Source: Eledone cirrhosa
Taxonomy: Eukaryota
DNA length: 64,000 nucleotides
Direction: 5' to 3'
Assembly: GCA_964016885.1 (NCBI GenBank)
Contig: OZ024740.1
Span: 75,144,001-75,208,000 of the forward strand
This document shows positions 24,226 to 35,799 of this stretch, in pieces; the first letter of the stretch is position 1, and every line of letters begins with the position of its first letter. The notes below the pieces were generated by a model. The model was not told where the DNA came from. It did no database searches and was given only the letters and a program-made list of their open reading frames with translations. The translations under genes and the position numbers were made by a program.

Positions 24226-25008
24226 CGGAGACTGAAGGACTGATTATATCAGCACAAGATCAGTGTCTGCCAACAAAAAATTACCAAGCCAACATAATAA
24301 AAAATGGATGCAGCCCATTATGCCGTGTATGCAAAAAACAACCAGAGACCATTGACCATATAATTTCAATGTGCAGTCCTATAGCTCCAACCGAATACCT
24401 AAACAGGCATGACAGAGCTGCACAATACATACATTGGATAATGTGTAAGCATTTTGACCTGCCCCATCAAAAGAATTGGTGGGAGCATCAACCACCTACC
24501 ATACTTGAAAAAGATCACATCTCAATCTTGTGGAACTTTAGCATCCAAACAGACCGAAAAATAGATGCAAATAGACCTGATATAATATTGAAGGACTTTA
24601 AAAAAGAGGGTATGCCTGCTAATTGATATGTCTGTTCCAATAGACAAGAATGTATCTATAAAAATATTTGAAAAATTGAGCAAGTATAAGGACCTGGAGA
24701 TAGAAACTAAAACAATACCAGTGGTTGTAGGCGCTCTGGGAATGATACCTAAGGGGTCTAATGATTACATATCGCAAATCCCAGGAAACCCGCGTATAGG
24801 AGAAATACAAAAGATAGTACCAATGGGAACTGCCCATATACTAAGGAAGATTCTGTCAATATAAGTACATCACAAGTCTAAACACTAAAGATGCATGTGT
24901 GAATATGTATGTTCTTTCTTGAACATGGCGGACCTTGTTGTCTCTTGAGGTCACTGGTTGTGACTTGGTGATAACTCGTATGAACATAAAGCAAGATAAA
25001 TGCAACTA
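24226..25008 (+). mobile_element. Shorter 5'-truncated copy of the same R4/Dong-like family
   Basis: Near-identical to 23395-24200 apart from a +1 frameshift and a ~21-bp deletion; (TAA)n on both sides. Confidence 0.93.
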
Positions 25009-25360
25009 TAATGATAATAATAATAATAATAATAATAATATTAATAATAATAATGTGTATAACCGAAGTTGCAGCTGTGAGCAGCAGATTTTCGAAGACT
25101 GACACAAAGCACTTGAAGAGTAATCAATAAATTACTCCTCAGAGTAAACACAATAAGTAAGGTAATAGTGATACAATGAATAATGCAACCAGAGGCATGT
25201 TGCCTCTTCAATACTACAACAGGTTAAAGACGAACCTGAATACAGGCATATATATATATATATATATAACGAAGGAATTGTGTTAAGGAACCAGATGGAC
25301 CATAACGCACCAGAATACTCAATACTTAGGGTAGTAGAATGGGAAATAGGAAAAAGTATG

Positions 25361-25455
25361 ACCCGACGGCAGAGCTCAAGCCGTTTCGACGGCTCTTTCT
25401 GGACTAAATTAGAATTTTTAGCCTGGTGAATAAATAGCCGAACTTGTCAAGGGGG
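25361..25455 (-). ncRNA. Type I hammerhead ribozyme motif, U3-A8 core variant
   Basis: cccc-TTGACAA-stem II cggctattt/aaagagccg-GAAA-cggc/gccg-TC-gggt. Confidence 0.7.
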
Positions 25456-25932
25456 TACTTCCTTATATGGGAAGATTGTAGTTGTCAAGAGGATTGGTTA
25501 AAATTTGTTGTAAGCACAAATAAGTCTATCATGGCATTTGGTGGGAGGTAGGGGTGGCTGAACTTGCCTATAGAACAATAGGGGGGTGAGTGGAGTCGGT
25601 CAAGCGTTGAAAGTGATAAGTATACAGCAGATTCTAAGGATAGTGTATGAAGTGGAGGAGGGAGGTTATAGAATAGGTAATTCGAATGAGAGTAGGAGAC
25701 ATTCGAATTACCTATTCTATAACCTCCCTCCTCCACTTCATACACTATCCTTAGAATATGCTGTATATTTATCACTTTCAACGCTTGACCGACTCCACTC
25801 ACCCCCCTATTGTTCTATAGGCAAGTTCAGCCACCCCTACCTCCCACCAAATGCCATGATAGACTTATTTGTGCTTACAACAAATTTTAACCAATCCTCT
25901 TGACAACTACAATCTTCCCATATAAGGAAGTA

Positions 25933-26028
25933 CCCCCTTGACAAGTTCGGCTATTTATTCACCAGGCTAAACATTCTAATTTAGTCCAGAAATAGCCCTC
26001 GAAACGGCTTGAGCTCTGCCGTCGTGGT
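25933..26028 (+). ncRNA. Type I hammerhead ribozyme motif, U3-A8 core variant
   Basis: cccc-TTGACAA-stem II ggctattt/aaatagcc-GAAA-cggc ttgagctct gccg-TC. Confidence 0.7.
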
Positions 26029-26560
26029 CATACTTTCTCATATATATAAATATATATATATAGCCATGGGACTTGGATACCTGAGCCCAATGCTACCATT
26101 CTATTATACATCGATGTGGAACTGCTAAGTTCTCCAAGAAAGTTAACCAGGAATCTTTAAAATTCTTCCCACCGAAGTTAACAAAGAACTTACTAGATCT
26201 ACCAACTCATAATATTATAATATTATACAATTAAATCAAATTATTTAGAATTACAAGTGAAGTCATTCTTTTCCTTTTTTTCAAATATACCTAGCTGTAC
26301 CAAGGATTTCACACATTTTCCAATATATATATATATACCACTATGTGCTATGGGTTCATACGTACATATAATATAATATGAAAGAAACGAGGCAAAGACT
26401 CATTCAGCAATACATTTAGGCTATTTGCCCTTAGATGTATTGATTCTTTAACCCCAAAGGGATACAAAACCGCAGAAACCGCTCCCGGTTCGATGATACA
26501 AAACTCTTTATTTTCAAGTATTTATGTTAATATAAAAATCTTCCATTATCATTTTACTAT

Positions 26561-26745
26561 AGGATTGGCAGTATCGGTAGAAGGTCGGACGCCATGCTTT
26601 ATCGCATAGAGTTAAGGCCCTTGCCATTCTGAGTTCAAATCCCGCCGAGGTTAACTTTGCCTTTCATCCTTACGGGATCTATAAAATAAAGTACCAGTAA
26701 TTGTACTAGGTAATTGCTGGCCTTGTGCCAAAAGTAGAAACAATT
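26561..26745 (+). mobile_element. tRNA-derived SINE with TSD attatcattttacta
   Basis: A box TGGCAGTATCGG, B box GAGTTCAAATCC, family core; direct repeat at ~26546 and ~26743. Confidence 0.92.
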
Positions 26746-27679
26746 ATCATTTTACTAAAAACCTTTGTTAAGTTAGGCTTCAAACATCAGCTAATTAGTA
26801 AAGAGTTTGTCAAATTCCTGATTGTTTGAAAAAGTATTTGAAAATAACAGGCAGTGTTTTTCAATAGAAATGTGATACCGAAAGAGTTAGATATTATTTG
26901 CGCTACTACAAGAATCTTTGTTTCCCTGAACTAACAAACTATATAATACTCACATGTAGTACAGCCAATCATCACTCTTTTCTCTTGTCATCTTTATCGT
27001 GTACAATCCAGAGGTCTTCAAACTGTTTGACATGACACTTTAGAGTGTCACCCGGAGCCCATCACCCTTTCTTCTGTGGCCCTTGTTTTTCCCCTCCTTT
27101 TCCTCTCCTTTGTGGCTTTTATAGTCCTTTCCTCTAATTTCCCATACAGCCAAATCTGCCCTTCCTTACTCCCTCCCTATTTTCTCATTACTTAATTTTG
27201 CTTTTATCTTTCTTTCTCATATATATTTATTTTTAGAGGATAAACAATATTTACCTTTAACCCTAGATGTGTTGAGAAATCAAGTCAAATCTGATTAATT
27301 TTTACAAATATTTCACTGCTTGTATATTTAAGATCTGACAATTCTGCAGACAACTAGACACATGACTAGTGACAGTGATATGATATTTCATTGTCCCTAA
27401 CAAAGCTTAATTGATGTTTCACGAAAAGTTGACTCACTCTTTCGTTACAATATTTATTATGATATACATTCTATTTCAATTAATTAATTAAAAAATTGGA
27501 GGAGTGTAATAAAATTATCAATTATTTCATTATTATTAATAATAATAATGAAAATTATTGTGTACATTACAACACATCAGAAAAGGTAGCCAAAAACGCA
27601 TATAACTTTCATGCTTCCTGAAATTCGCCAGCGCTATACCTGATATTCTCCCTCCATAGACACACACGTGTGTGCGTGT

Positions 27680-28220
27680 GTATGGAGGGGAATATCAAGT
27701 GTAGTGCTGGCGAATTTTGGGAATCATGGAAGTTTTGAAGGATTTGAACTGATGCAGGTAGTTTGTTCCATGCTTCAGCAACTCTGAGCGTGAAAAATGT
27801 TTCAGAAATTCATGGGTGATGTACTGTTTTCTGATTTTGTAAGCATGTCCACAGATGTTAGACATGGAATTCAAAAATGTGTCCAGGGCTGTTGTTGGAA
27901 ACATGGTCAATAATCTTGTGGGTGTTTACCAAGTCAGTTGCCAAACGGCGGAGCTTTAATGTATCCATGCGCAGGGAAGTAAGGCGTTCAAAGTATGGTA
28001 GATTTCTGATGGAGGGTATTCGCTTGGTTGCACGTTTCTGAACAGTTTCCAAGAGATCAATATTCTTAGCAAGATAGGGATTCAAGACTGCTGATGCAAA
28101 TTCTAAGTGTGGACGTACCATAGCTATATACAGCTTTAAATAGATAGCTGGAGAGCGGCTGACAAAGGTCTTGCTGAGTGATACTAAGACACCCTCGGCC
28201 TTCTTGACAATTTTAGATAT
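27680..28220 (-). mobile_element. CR1-like LINE 3' fragment
   Basis: MVRPHLEFASAVLNPY...LETVQKRATKRI...RRLATDL, typical CR1-group ORF2 C-terminus. Confidence 0.85.
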
Positions 28221-29286
28221 ATTAAAATAGTATTTGTAACAAAATATTTTACATAAAATTATGTTGAACTATTTCAATTGAAATAGACACTCTCTAAATG
28301 GATGGCTTTATAGAAGTAGAGAAGCTTTTGGTCGGGCTGGTATACAAAATGGTAAAGTTTGGAAAGCTCTTGTCTAATCTGTTTCCAGCCACCCCAATGC
28401 AACACTTTCATATATGCGCAGCCAATACTTCACTCTTTTGCTTCGTCATCTTCGGATGTGTCTAATCCTTTGTCTAACCATCTCATATTAATCACTTTAT
28501 TCCGCTAAATCCTAACTTCTCACATTGTAATCCGCTTCTGGTCTCACTTTACTCACGTGATTCCTGCATGCAGTAACACACAGACAGGTCATTTGGACAT
28601 CAACTACCACATCTTATTTCACTAACATGAGAGGGAGAGTAAGAGATGAGAGAGAGACACAGGCAGAGAGAAAGATAGAGAGCTTATGAAAATCATGGCT
28701 ACTGGCATATCGCTTCTCCTCTTACTCTGACTCTAATAGGGAGAGACAAAGAAAGGAAGAGAGAAAGACAACACAGATAGAAAGCGAGAGAGACAGAAAC
28801 AGAGAGAGTGAGGGGTGAAAAAGTATATTGGGTGTGTAAGAGCCCAAACACACATATAAGAGAGGGGGGGGGGGGATAAATTGCCAAAGAGAGAAATAGA
28901 GAGAGGAAGAGAAAGATATCGAGAGAGTTAGATAGCGAGAAGGATAGAGATAAATAGATAGATAGATAGAGAGAGAGGGGGATAGAGATAGATAGATAGA
29001 ATGATAGATATATATATAGAGAGAGAGGCGATAGAGATAGATAGATAAATAGAGAGATAGAGAGATAGAGAGGAAGAGAGGGGGATAGAGAGATAGAAGG
29101 GATTGAGAGATAGAGAACTTATAAGAGTGAGAGGGAACAATAATGATGAGCAAATAACTGAGACCAACCTTCTCTTTCTTATCCACGGTGTAGTGTGTGA
29201 GTTTGTAACAGAGAAAGATAGATAGACAGACAAACAGACAGGTAGATAGGTTGATATCTCTCTCTATATATATAGATAGATAGAGA

Positions 29287-29328
<42 letters not shown>

Positions 29329-29782
29329 AAGAGAGAGAAAGAGGGGGATATATAGATAGTTAGATAGATAGATTGATAGATAGAAAAAAAACGTGTCAAA
29401 TAGTATGTATGTGGTGGTTGTAATAGAAAGAAGGCTTGATTTTGTATTTCGGTAAAGAGAGAATGAGAGAATGGGATGGAAAGAAAAACTAACTATGTAT
29501 AGAATACACGCTTAAGCTAACAAGAACTGGGTATGAAATATGGCGCATGAAAACAGTGGAATTGTTGACTGTCAAACTGTGTGGGATAAATAGACAGAGG
29601 AAGAAAAAGGCAGAAATTGTTTATTTGACTATGTTGAAGGTGTCAACATCACGTCGGTTTACATTGGAATGGAGAAGAGAATAGCAATCAAATAAGTGAC
29701 ACTATCACTAAAATCGCCGATACTTCTAGAACAGGCCTATTTTATTTTTTTTTCTTAAATTTAAATTGTTTTAATCGACAGA

Positions 29783-29910
29783 AGCATAGCAGAATGGTTA
29801 AAAACTTCAGTTCACAACGATTAGGTTCCGGATTCAATCCCACTGCGTGGCCGGTCCTTGACCTGTGAGTAAAATTAGGTAGTTAGAAACTGTTTAGAAG
29901 TCTGTCAGAA
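29783..29910 (+). mobile_element. Diverged tRNA-derived SINE head (second family)
   Basis: TAGCAGAATGG and GGATTCAATCCC spaced like A and B boxes; related inverse copy at ~38480-38635. Confidence 0.5.
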
Positions 29911-30059
29911 GTCAAACGGCCAGTCATGTCACACATTGTGACACGCTGAATCTTCCTGAGCATTACGCCAGGAGTACACGCGTCTGTGAAATGCTCAACC
30001 ATTTGACGAAAGCCTATTCCACTTCCAATACTGACCATATTTTATTGTTATATCAGCTT

Positions 30060-30480
30060 CGTAGAAAAACAGGGAAATGAAAAGAGAGAAAATAAGAAAA
30101 AAGAGAAGAGAGAGAAAGAAAAGTAAATATAAAAAGAGGTATATTTTATTTGTGCCCGTGGAAAAGATAGCAATGCATTACTGTAGACAACAGCCTGTGA
30201 TACCTGCTGCACCAGCCATTCCACCTAACGGGGATCGCGAATGTTTGGACCGCGAATGCCGGGGAAAATGTATTTATATATGAAATATAAAATCTTGAAA
30301 AAAAAAAAAATCTAAATGGCTTTATGCTCAAAGTCTGCCATTGTATTTTCATTTGAAAGATATCTTCCCTCCGATTTGGTGGAGGAAAACGACAGTCTGG
30401 GGACCGAGGGCATCAGAGATCTCGATGGACCGGAACAAGAAGGGAAATGGTCAGTCAATGCTTGGTATTTATTATCTACT
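30060..30480 (-). mobile_element. CRE-like non-LTR retrotransposon 3' fragment, interrupted by a templated insertion
   Basis: Reverse complement matches 33490-33680 (KY.L...IE..ALGPQTVVFL, aggtggaatggctg). Confidence 0.65.
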
Positions 30481-30750
30481 GCTCCTCAATATATCTTAAT
30501 ATATTTAAAGTTCCTAATAACTGAGACGGGAACCTGTGTTTCAGTGGTTTCTAACCGATGAGCTATACCATTAATGTGTGCTGAGAGATGTAGCGAAGTG
30601 CTCCACGAAAACAGTGAAATATTTTAAATTGTGAAAAATAAAGACTGAAATTTTATGAAGTCATGATAATTATGTTTCATGTATTGAATAAAGAAATAAA
30701 TACTTAAGTTTCTGTAATTAAAATTATCTATATCTCTTGGTTAAGATATA

Positions 30751-31229
30751 CAGTATCCCGAGGGTTACTTTCCTCTAGCACCCGCAAAGAGTGAAAAACC
30801 GCGAATATTGGACGAGGTTAATAAAAATGCCTATAAACGTCAAAACATAACGTAAAATATAGTCCGACAAATACGGGATATTGTTATTAATAATTTAGCA
30901 TAGTTAGGTCCCTTTACGATCTGAGTTCAAATCCCGCCGAGGTTGACTTTGCCTTTCATCCTTACGGGGTCGATAAAATAAAGTACCAGTAATGCACTGG
31001 TTAATTGCTGGCCTTGTGCCTAAAGTAGAAACAGTTATTAATAATTTAGCATTAAAAAGCGCGAACAAAATATATTGCCACGAAAAATGCCATAAAAAAT
31101 CGAGGAAGATATTTACAATCCCGCGAATATGCGGTGGTTTCCACAAACAACTATAAGTTCAGTTCTAAGAAAAAAGTCCGCGAATAACGGGGATCGCGAA
31201 TGTTTGGACCGCGAATGCCGGGGAAAATG
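30751..31229. mobile_element. Tc1/mariner (pogo/Tigger-like) MITE with a nested SINE fragment at ~30903-31038
   Basis: TA-CAGTATCCC...GGGGAAAATG-TA imperfect termini and repeated ccgcgaat subterminal motifs. Confidence 0.6.
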
Positions 31230-31532
31230 TATTTATATATGAAATATAAAATCTTGAAAAAAAAAAAAAATCTAAATGGCTTTATGCCCAAAGTCCGCCA
31301 TCGTATTTTCATTTGCTTTAAAGTACGTGTAAGTTAAAAAGAAACCTTTGGGATCCACTGCACTCTGTGATCGCTCGACACCACCCCCACCATCCCCATC
31401 ACCATCGTCATTATCATCATTAATATCATTGCCTTTGTCTCTCACGTCCATACTCACATCTGTCTCTCTATCGCTTTCTATATATATGTTTCTCCTCACT
31501 CTTCCTCTCTTCTTACCTGTCTGTCTCGCCAA

Positions 31533-31595
<63 letters not shown>

Positions 31596-32149
31596 TCTCT
31601 ATCCGGGTTAATGATACGTGAGTTGGCAAACGAAAACTGCTGGCTTGTGTTGTTATCGTTTTTGTTGTTATTGCTTAGACTCAAGTCAACCCTAATGGAG
31701 TTATCGTCGAATATATTTCAACCATGACAATTCTATCTTTTTATTTGTATCATTATTTAATTGAATTATATCATCCAACCTATTCTCTTTTTCTTTTGAG
31801 AGAGGAGGATTGACTTGAGGGAAATTTGGTTGCTATTTCTAGAAGGCCTTTTACCATGTACAAGTTCCCTTGTGGCTTGTATTTAAACGCAAGTCAGTCT
31901 TTCTTATTATTTCAGGAAGAGTGTAACCTGGATTACATTATCCAATATGTCATTCCTGTATCATGACGATGGTTGTAATTTGCAGTAAATTTGGTTGCTA
32001 TCTCCATCAGATCGAGTGATTGTGTAACAACATACTTGTTGGATTTCGCCGGCTCCAAATTATAAATGCCGTTTTCTGTGGTGTTTCTGTCGGAATGATG
32101 ACTCCTTTCTCCCACTCCTCTCACATTTAAAGTTATATGAAGTGGTGGA

Positions 32150-32340
32150 GAGAGTCGAGGCAGTAGAGACATGTGCCAGATAGCGCAATCTAAATAGACC
32201 GGTGCCGAACTGTCTAGATTCAAATCCCAACGGTGTCGATTTTGCCGTTTCCCTCCTTGGGGTCGGTAACATAAAAATACAGTAGTCAATTTCAATGGAC
32301 TATACTCCTCCCATACAAAAATAGGACTTCTTTCCACGTG
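32150..32340 (+). mobile_element. Old diverged copy of the tRNA-derived SINE
   Basis: gattcaaatccc..gtcgattttgccgtttccctccttggggtcg resembles the family core. Confidence 0.55.
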
Positions 32341-32389
32341 AAAAGAATTCTATGTTTTATTTATAATAACGGATCATGTTTCAAACTTT

Positions 32390-33780
32390 TGAAAGAACAT
32401 CGAATTCCAAACCCGCTTAAGTCCGACCCATCTAAGTTACGGAAAAATTCCGTGTATCTGATAAGGAGCTTCAGCTTGGCCATTCGAACCGCGAGAAATA
32501 TCAGCCTGCAGTCTAGGCTTTCTAATTCTCTCGAAAGCCATAGAAGAATGCCTGAAAATGAGGTGACCTGGCGAGGATGACGGACAGATTGCGCCTCGTC
32601 GACCCGCATCTCACACTCTTCCTCTTGAAGAACAGCTTTGCTCTCTCCAAACTTCGCATTTCACTATGCAGTGTGTCTTGTCATCCTCAGTAAACTTGAT
32701 ACCACCATCTATCGCTGCCCCGAACTTATTTACAATGTAAATTTCAGTGACACCGGCTGGCAACAGACGAAACTCCCCCTAAGGTCTTTGGCCAGCATCG
32801 AATCTGGTTCTGTTAGTCTACATTTCATCCATCATTTACAGCCACACCTTCATCTACAAGGTTCTCTGCAAACCGCCAGACCCTAATGTGGACCAGGAAC
32901 TCCAGTCAGCTCTGGCCATCTTTGTTGATGATGACCTCACTGTCCCCCAGTGTGCAGGATACCAATGCAGCTGAGATTACATCAAATGCAGTTCAACTTG
33001 CACGAGGATCACATTTTCCCTTGACCAACGCCATCTCGCCTACTTCCGGTTGCTTCGCAACTAAACAGCAGCGCATGGCTCAATTCGATGCCCTTTTCAT
33101 CAATCGATGCCCTTCTTGATGATGCGTGCACCTGCATAGGAGTGGTCCGACGCCTTGACCTCCGCATGTCTGACCCACATAAGTGACATCGCGGAGCTAC
33201 GGCCATTGAGTTTGGATTATATCTGCTCTCTTGTTGTCAAAGTGCAGATCGGTTATCTCGGCATGCCACTTTGAATGACATCACCAGAAGGAGCATTGAC
33301 GTGGCCAGTTTCCTATTAAAGCCGGGGTTTCTCGGTCTTGACTGTGGTGACGGTTAGTGATAACTCTTTTCCTATTTTAGGGGAAAGAATCGCTAATCTG
33401 TGGCGCACCATTCTGCGACAAGTCCCACGGCTCTAACGGATACAAACCCGGGCACTGTCGCCCATATTGCAAAGGAGCGGAAGATAACCAAATACCGGAA
33501 TTTGACTGGCTGCTTCCTTTTTGTGCTGGTTGTGATCGAGTCATTCGGTGTCATTGGTCCTAGAACTGTCGTTTTCCTTTGAAAAAATGATAAGAGCGCA
33601 TCCCTTCTAGGAAAGGAGCCCGATGAGGTGGAATGGCTGATGTAGCTGCAATCGCTGGCTGTTCTCCGCGGAAATGCTTTCGACGTCTTATTCGTGGAGT
33701 GCAGCTGAGATATACCACCCGGCCATGAGAGAGGTCGGGATTAGCAAACTTTTCTCCGTTTTTTGTCATTCCTTTCCTTT
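32390..33780 (+). pseudogene. Decayed CRE-like (RLE) non-LTR retrotransposon, 3' half
   Basis: Fragments HLLSCCQS...LNDI, AHIAKERKITKYRNL...FVLVVIESFGVIGP, AVLRGNA typical of CRE-clade C-termini. Confidence 0.65.
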
Positions 33781-33796
33781 TATTATTTAATATTTA

Positions 33797-33985
33797 ATAA
33801 TTGTTTTTACTTTAGGCACAAGGCCAGCAACTACCCAGTGCCTCACTGGTACTTTATTTTATCGACCCCGTAAGGATGAAAGGCAAAGTCAACCTCGGCG
33901 GGATTTGAACTCAGATCGTAAAGGGACGTAACTATGCTAGAAAGCATGGCGTCCGACCCTCTACCGATACTACCAATCCACCGCC
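33797..33985 (-). mobile_element. tRNA-derived SINE (head-to-head with the next copy)
   Basis: Full family consensus; tatttaatatttaataat duplicated at ~33784 and ~33987. Confidence 0.92.
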
Positions 33986-34003
33986 CTATTTAATATTTAA
34001 TAA

Positions 34004-34195
34004 TGGCGGTGGATTGGCAGTATCGGTAGAGGGTCGGACGCCATGCTTTGACGCATAGAGTTACGGCCCTTTCCATTCTGAGTTCAAATTCTGCCGAGGT
34101 TAACTTTGCCTTTCATCCTTACGGGGTCGATAAAATAAAGTACCAGTAATGCACTGGGTAATTGCTGGCCTTGTGCCAAAAAGTAGAAACAATTA
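34004..34195 (+). mobile_element. tRNA-derived SINE
   Basis: A and B boxes and family core. Confidence 0.92.
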
Positions 34196-34649
34196 TTTAA
34201 TATCTCTCCCCCCGCTTTCTCTTTTCTCTCTCTTTATTATTTTAATCTTAAAAAAGATCTCATCATTGTATACTTCTGTTCGCCAAGGAAGAATATATTG
34301 TGGAATGTAGTCCTACATATCTGTAAAACGATCACGTGGTCATGAGTGGCACAACTTTGACTACAGGCCTGCTCTGTCATCAGGGTTGACCTAGGGCTAA
34401 ACAACAACAACAAAACAAATGAAGGCGTCTCTACGTGGTTACTTGGCTTGCTAGAAATAGATACCAAATTTCCTTTAAATCAAAATTCCTTTATAAAATG
34501 GTATAATCATGGTTGGGAGACTAGCTACGTAAGTGACAGGGTGGCAAAATGAATAAAACAGCTTCGGTGTTTTACAGATAAAATGTGTTTTCAACGATGT
34601 AATTGTTTCAGTGTCAACACAGTCTGATCAAATCTAATAAATATTATTT

Positions 34650-34940
34650 CATTTAGACAAAAAAAAATAAAAATGTCTGAAGAGCTTCTTTTTTGCCCAT
34701 TTATTCCTGAGTGGGTTGAAGGGACAGAGTCTTCAAACACTCCTTTCAGCGGGTCCTGTCAGATGCAATCGTCACCAAATGATCTTGCTGGATCTTCAAG
34801 CGAGATCAGCCAAACTCATGGATCTTGCTCGGGGTCTAACTCTGGATTTCCTGGCAGCTGCTTTTGCTAATAAAATCTGTCCAGCGATTCTTTCCTGAGA
34901 CATTCTAACCATATGCCTATAGTACCAGAGCAGTGATCTT
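34650..34940 (-). mobile_element. Probable RTE-like LINE 3' fragment
   Basis: HMVRMSQERIAGQILL...SRVRPRAR resembles the RTE C-terminal GHxxR...GRP motif. Confidence 0.5.
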
Positions 34941-34968
34941 ATACATACGCATATACGTGTATATATAT

Positions 34969-35169
34969 GAGAAAGTATGACCCCGGCGACAGAGCTCAAG
35001 CCGTTTCGACGGCTATTTCTGGACTAAAGTTTAGTCCAGAAATAGCCGTCGAAACGGCTTGAGCTCTGCCGTCGGGGTCATACTTTCTCCTATTACCCAC
35101 TTTACTACACTAAGAATTGAGTACTCTGGTGCGTTATGGTCCATCTGGTTCCTTACCACAACTCCTCCG

Positions 35170-35171
<2 letters not shown>
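34969..35171. mobile_element. Short fold-back copy of HHR family 1 in (TA)n (60-bp arms, 1-nt loop at 35029)
   Basis: 34969-35028 is the near-perfect reverse complement of 35030-35089; sequence matches 25268-25410. Confidence 0.9.
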
Positions 35172-35240
<69 letters not shown>

Positions 35241-35799
35241 CATACATGATGGCTGCTCCCTCGTTATCGAGTATGGCCATTGCACGATATACCATTATTA
35301 ATAATTATTAATTAATTCTATCGTGCAATGCCTATGAAGATATTTTTTAAAGTGAGGAAAGACTGTGCACTGAGCCAATCCTAATCTCTGAGCGACAGTA
35401 GCTATATATAACTCGAAAAGAAGAAAAGATCAACGTCATCGGTAACTACTGAGCCGCAGGTATCGGAGTTATCCCAGTTTCCTGAGTTGCCTTCTCCTAG
35501 AAGAATGCTCTGACAAAGGCTAGGGGTCCTTCACTCCCAGTGGTTAAACCGCGCGGTACATGTGTATATACATATTTACACACTTTCGGATGGCCGTTGA
35601 CTCTTATGAGTTCTTCCGCTCTTTGTCAGGTTTTGTTTTTTTGTCCTGCAGGGTGTCCAAAATCACCCTCCTCACCAAGTAAATTTGGTGGGGCTGCCGA
35701 TTTAGTCGCCGACGACTCGACCATTCAACAGGTTGTACTGGGTTACATGTTACCAGTAGCACTCAAGGGTGACCCGACATACATACATACATACATACA

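Larger units (their letters stand above)
25268..26040. mobile_element. Palindromic non-coding element in (TA)n with ~337-bp arms, each carrying a hammerhead motif (family 1)
   Basis: Arms 25351-25688 and 25700-26037, 11-nt loop; TA tracts on both sides. Confidence 0.9.

Noticed and set aside
25485-25903. Twin 105-aa ORFs on opposite strands
   Set aside because: Produced by the palindrome; GTG starts and no recognisable domain.
26561-26660. tRNA gene (A and B boxes)
   Set aside because: No cloverleaf; part of a multi-copy SINE with TSDs.
34673-34870. Possible host exon (65-aa plus-strand ORF after an AG)
   Set aside because: The minus strand resembles an RTE LINE C-terminus, which explains the composition.
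35290-35776. GC-richer segment ending at (ACAT)n, possibly another element's end
   Set aside because: No ORF or motif that I can assign; left unannotated.
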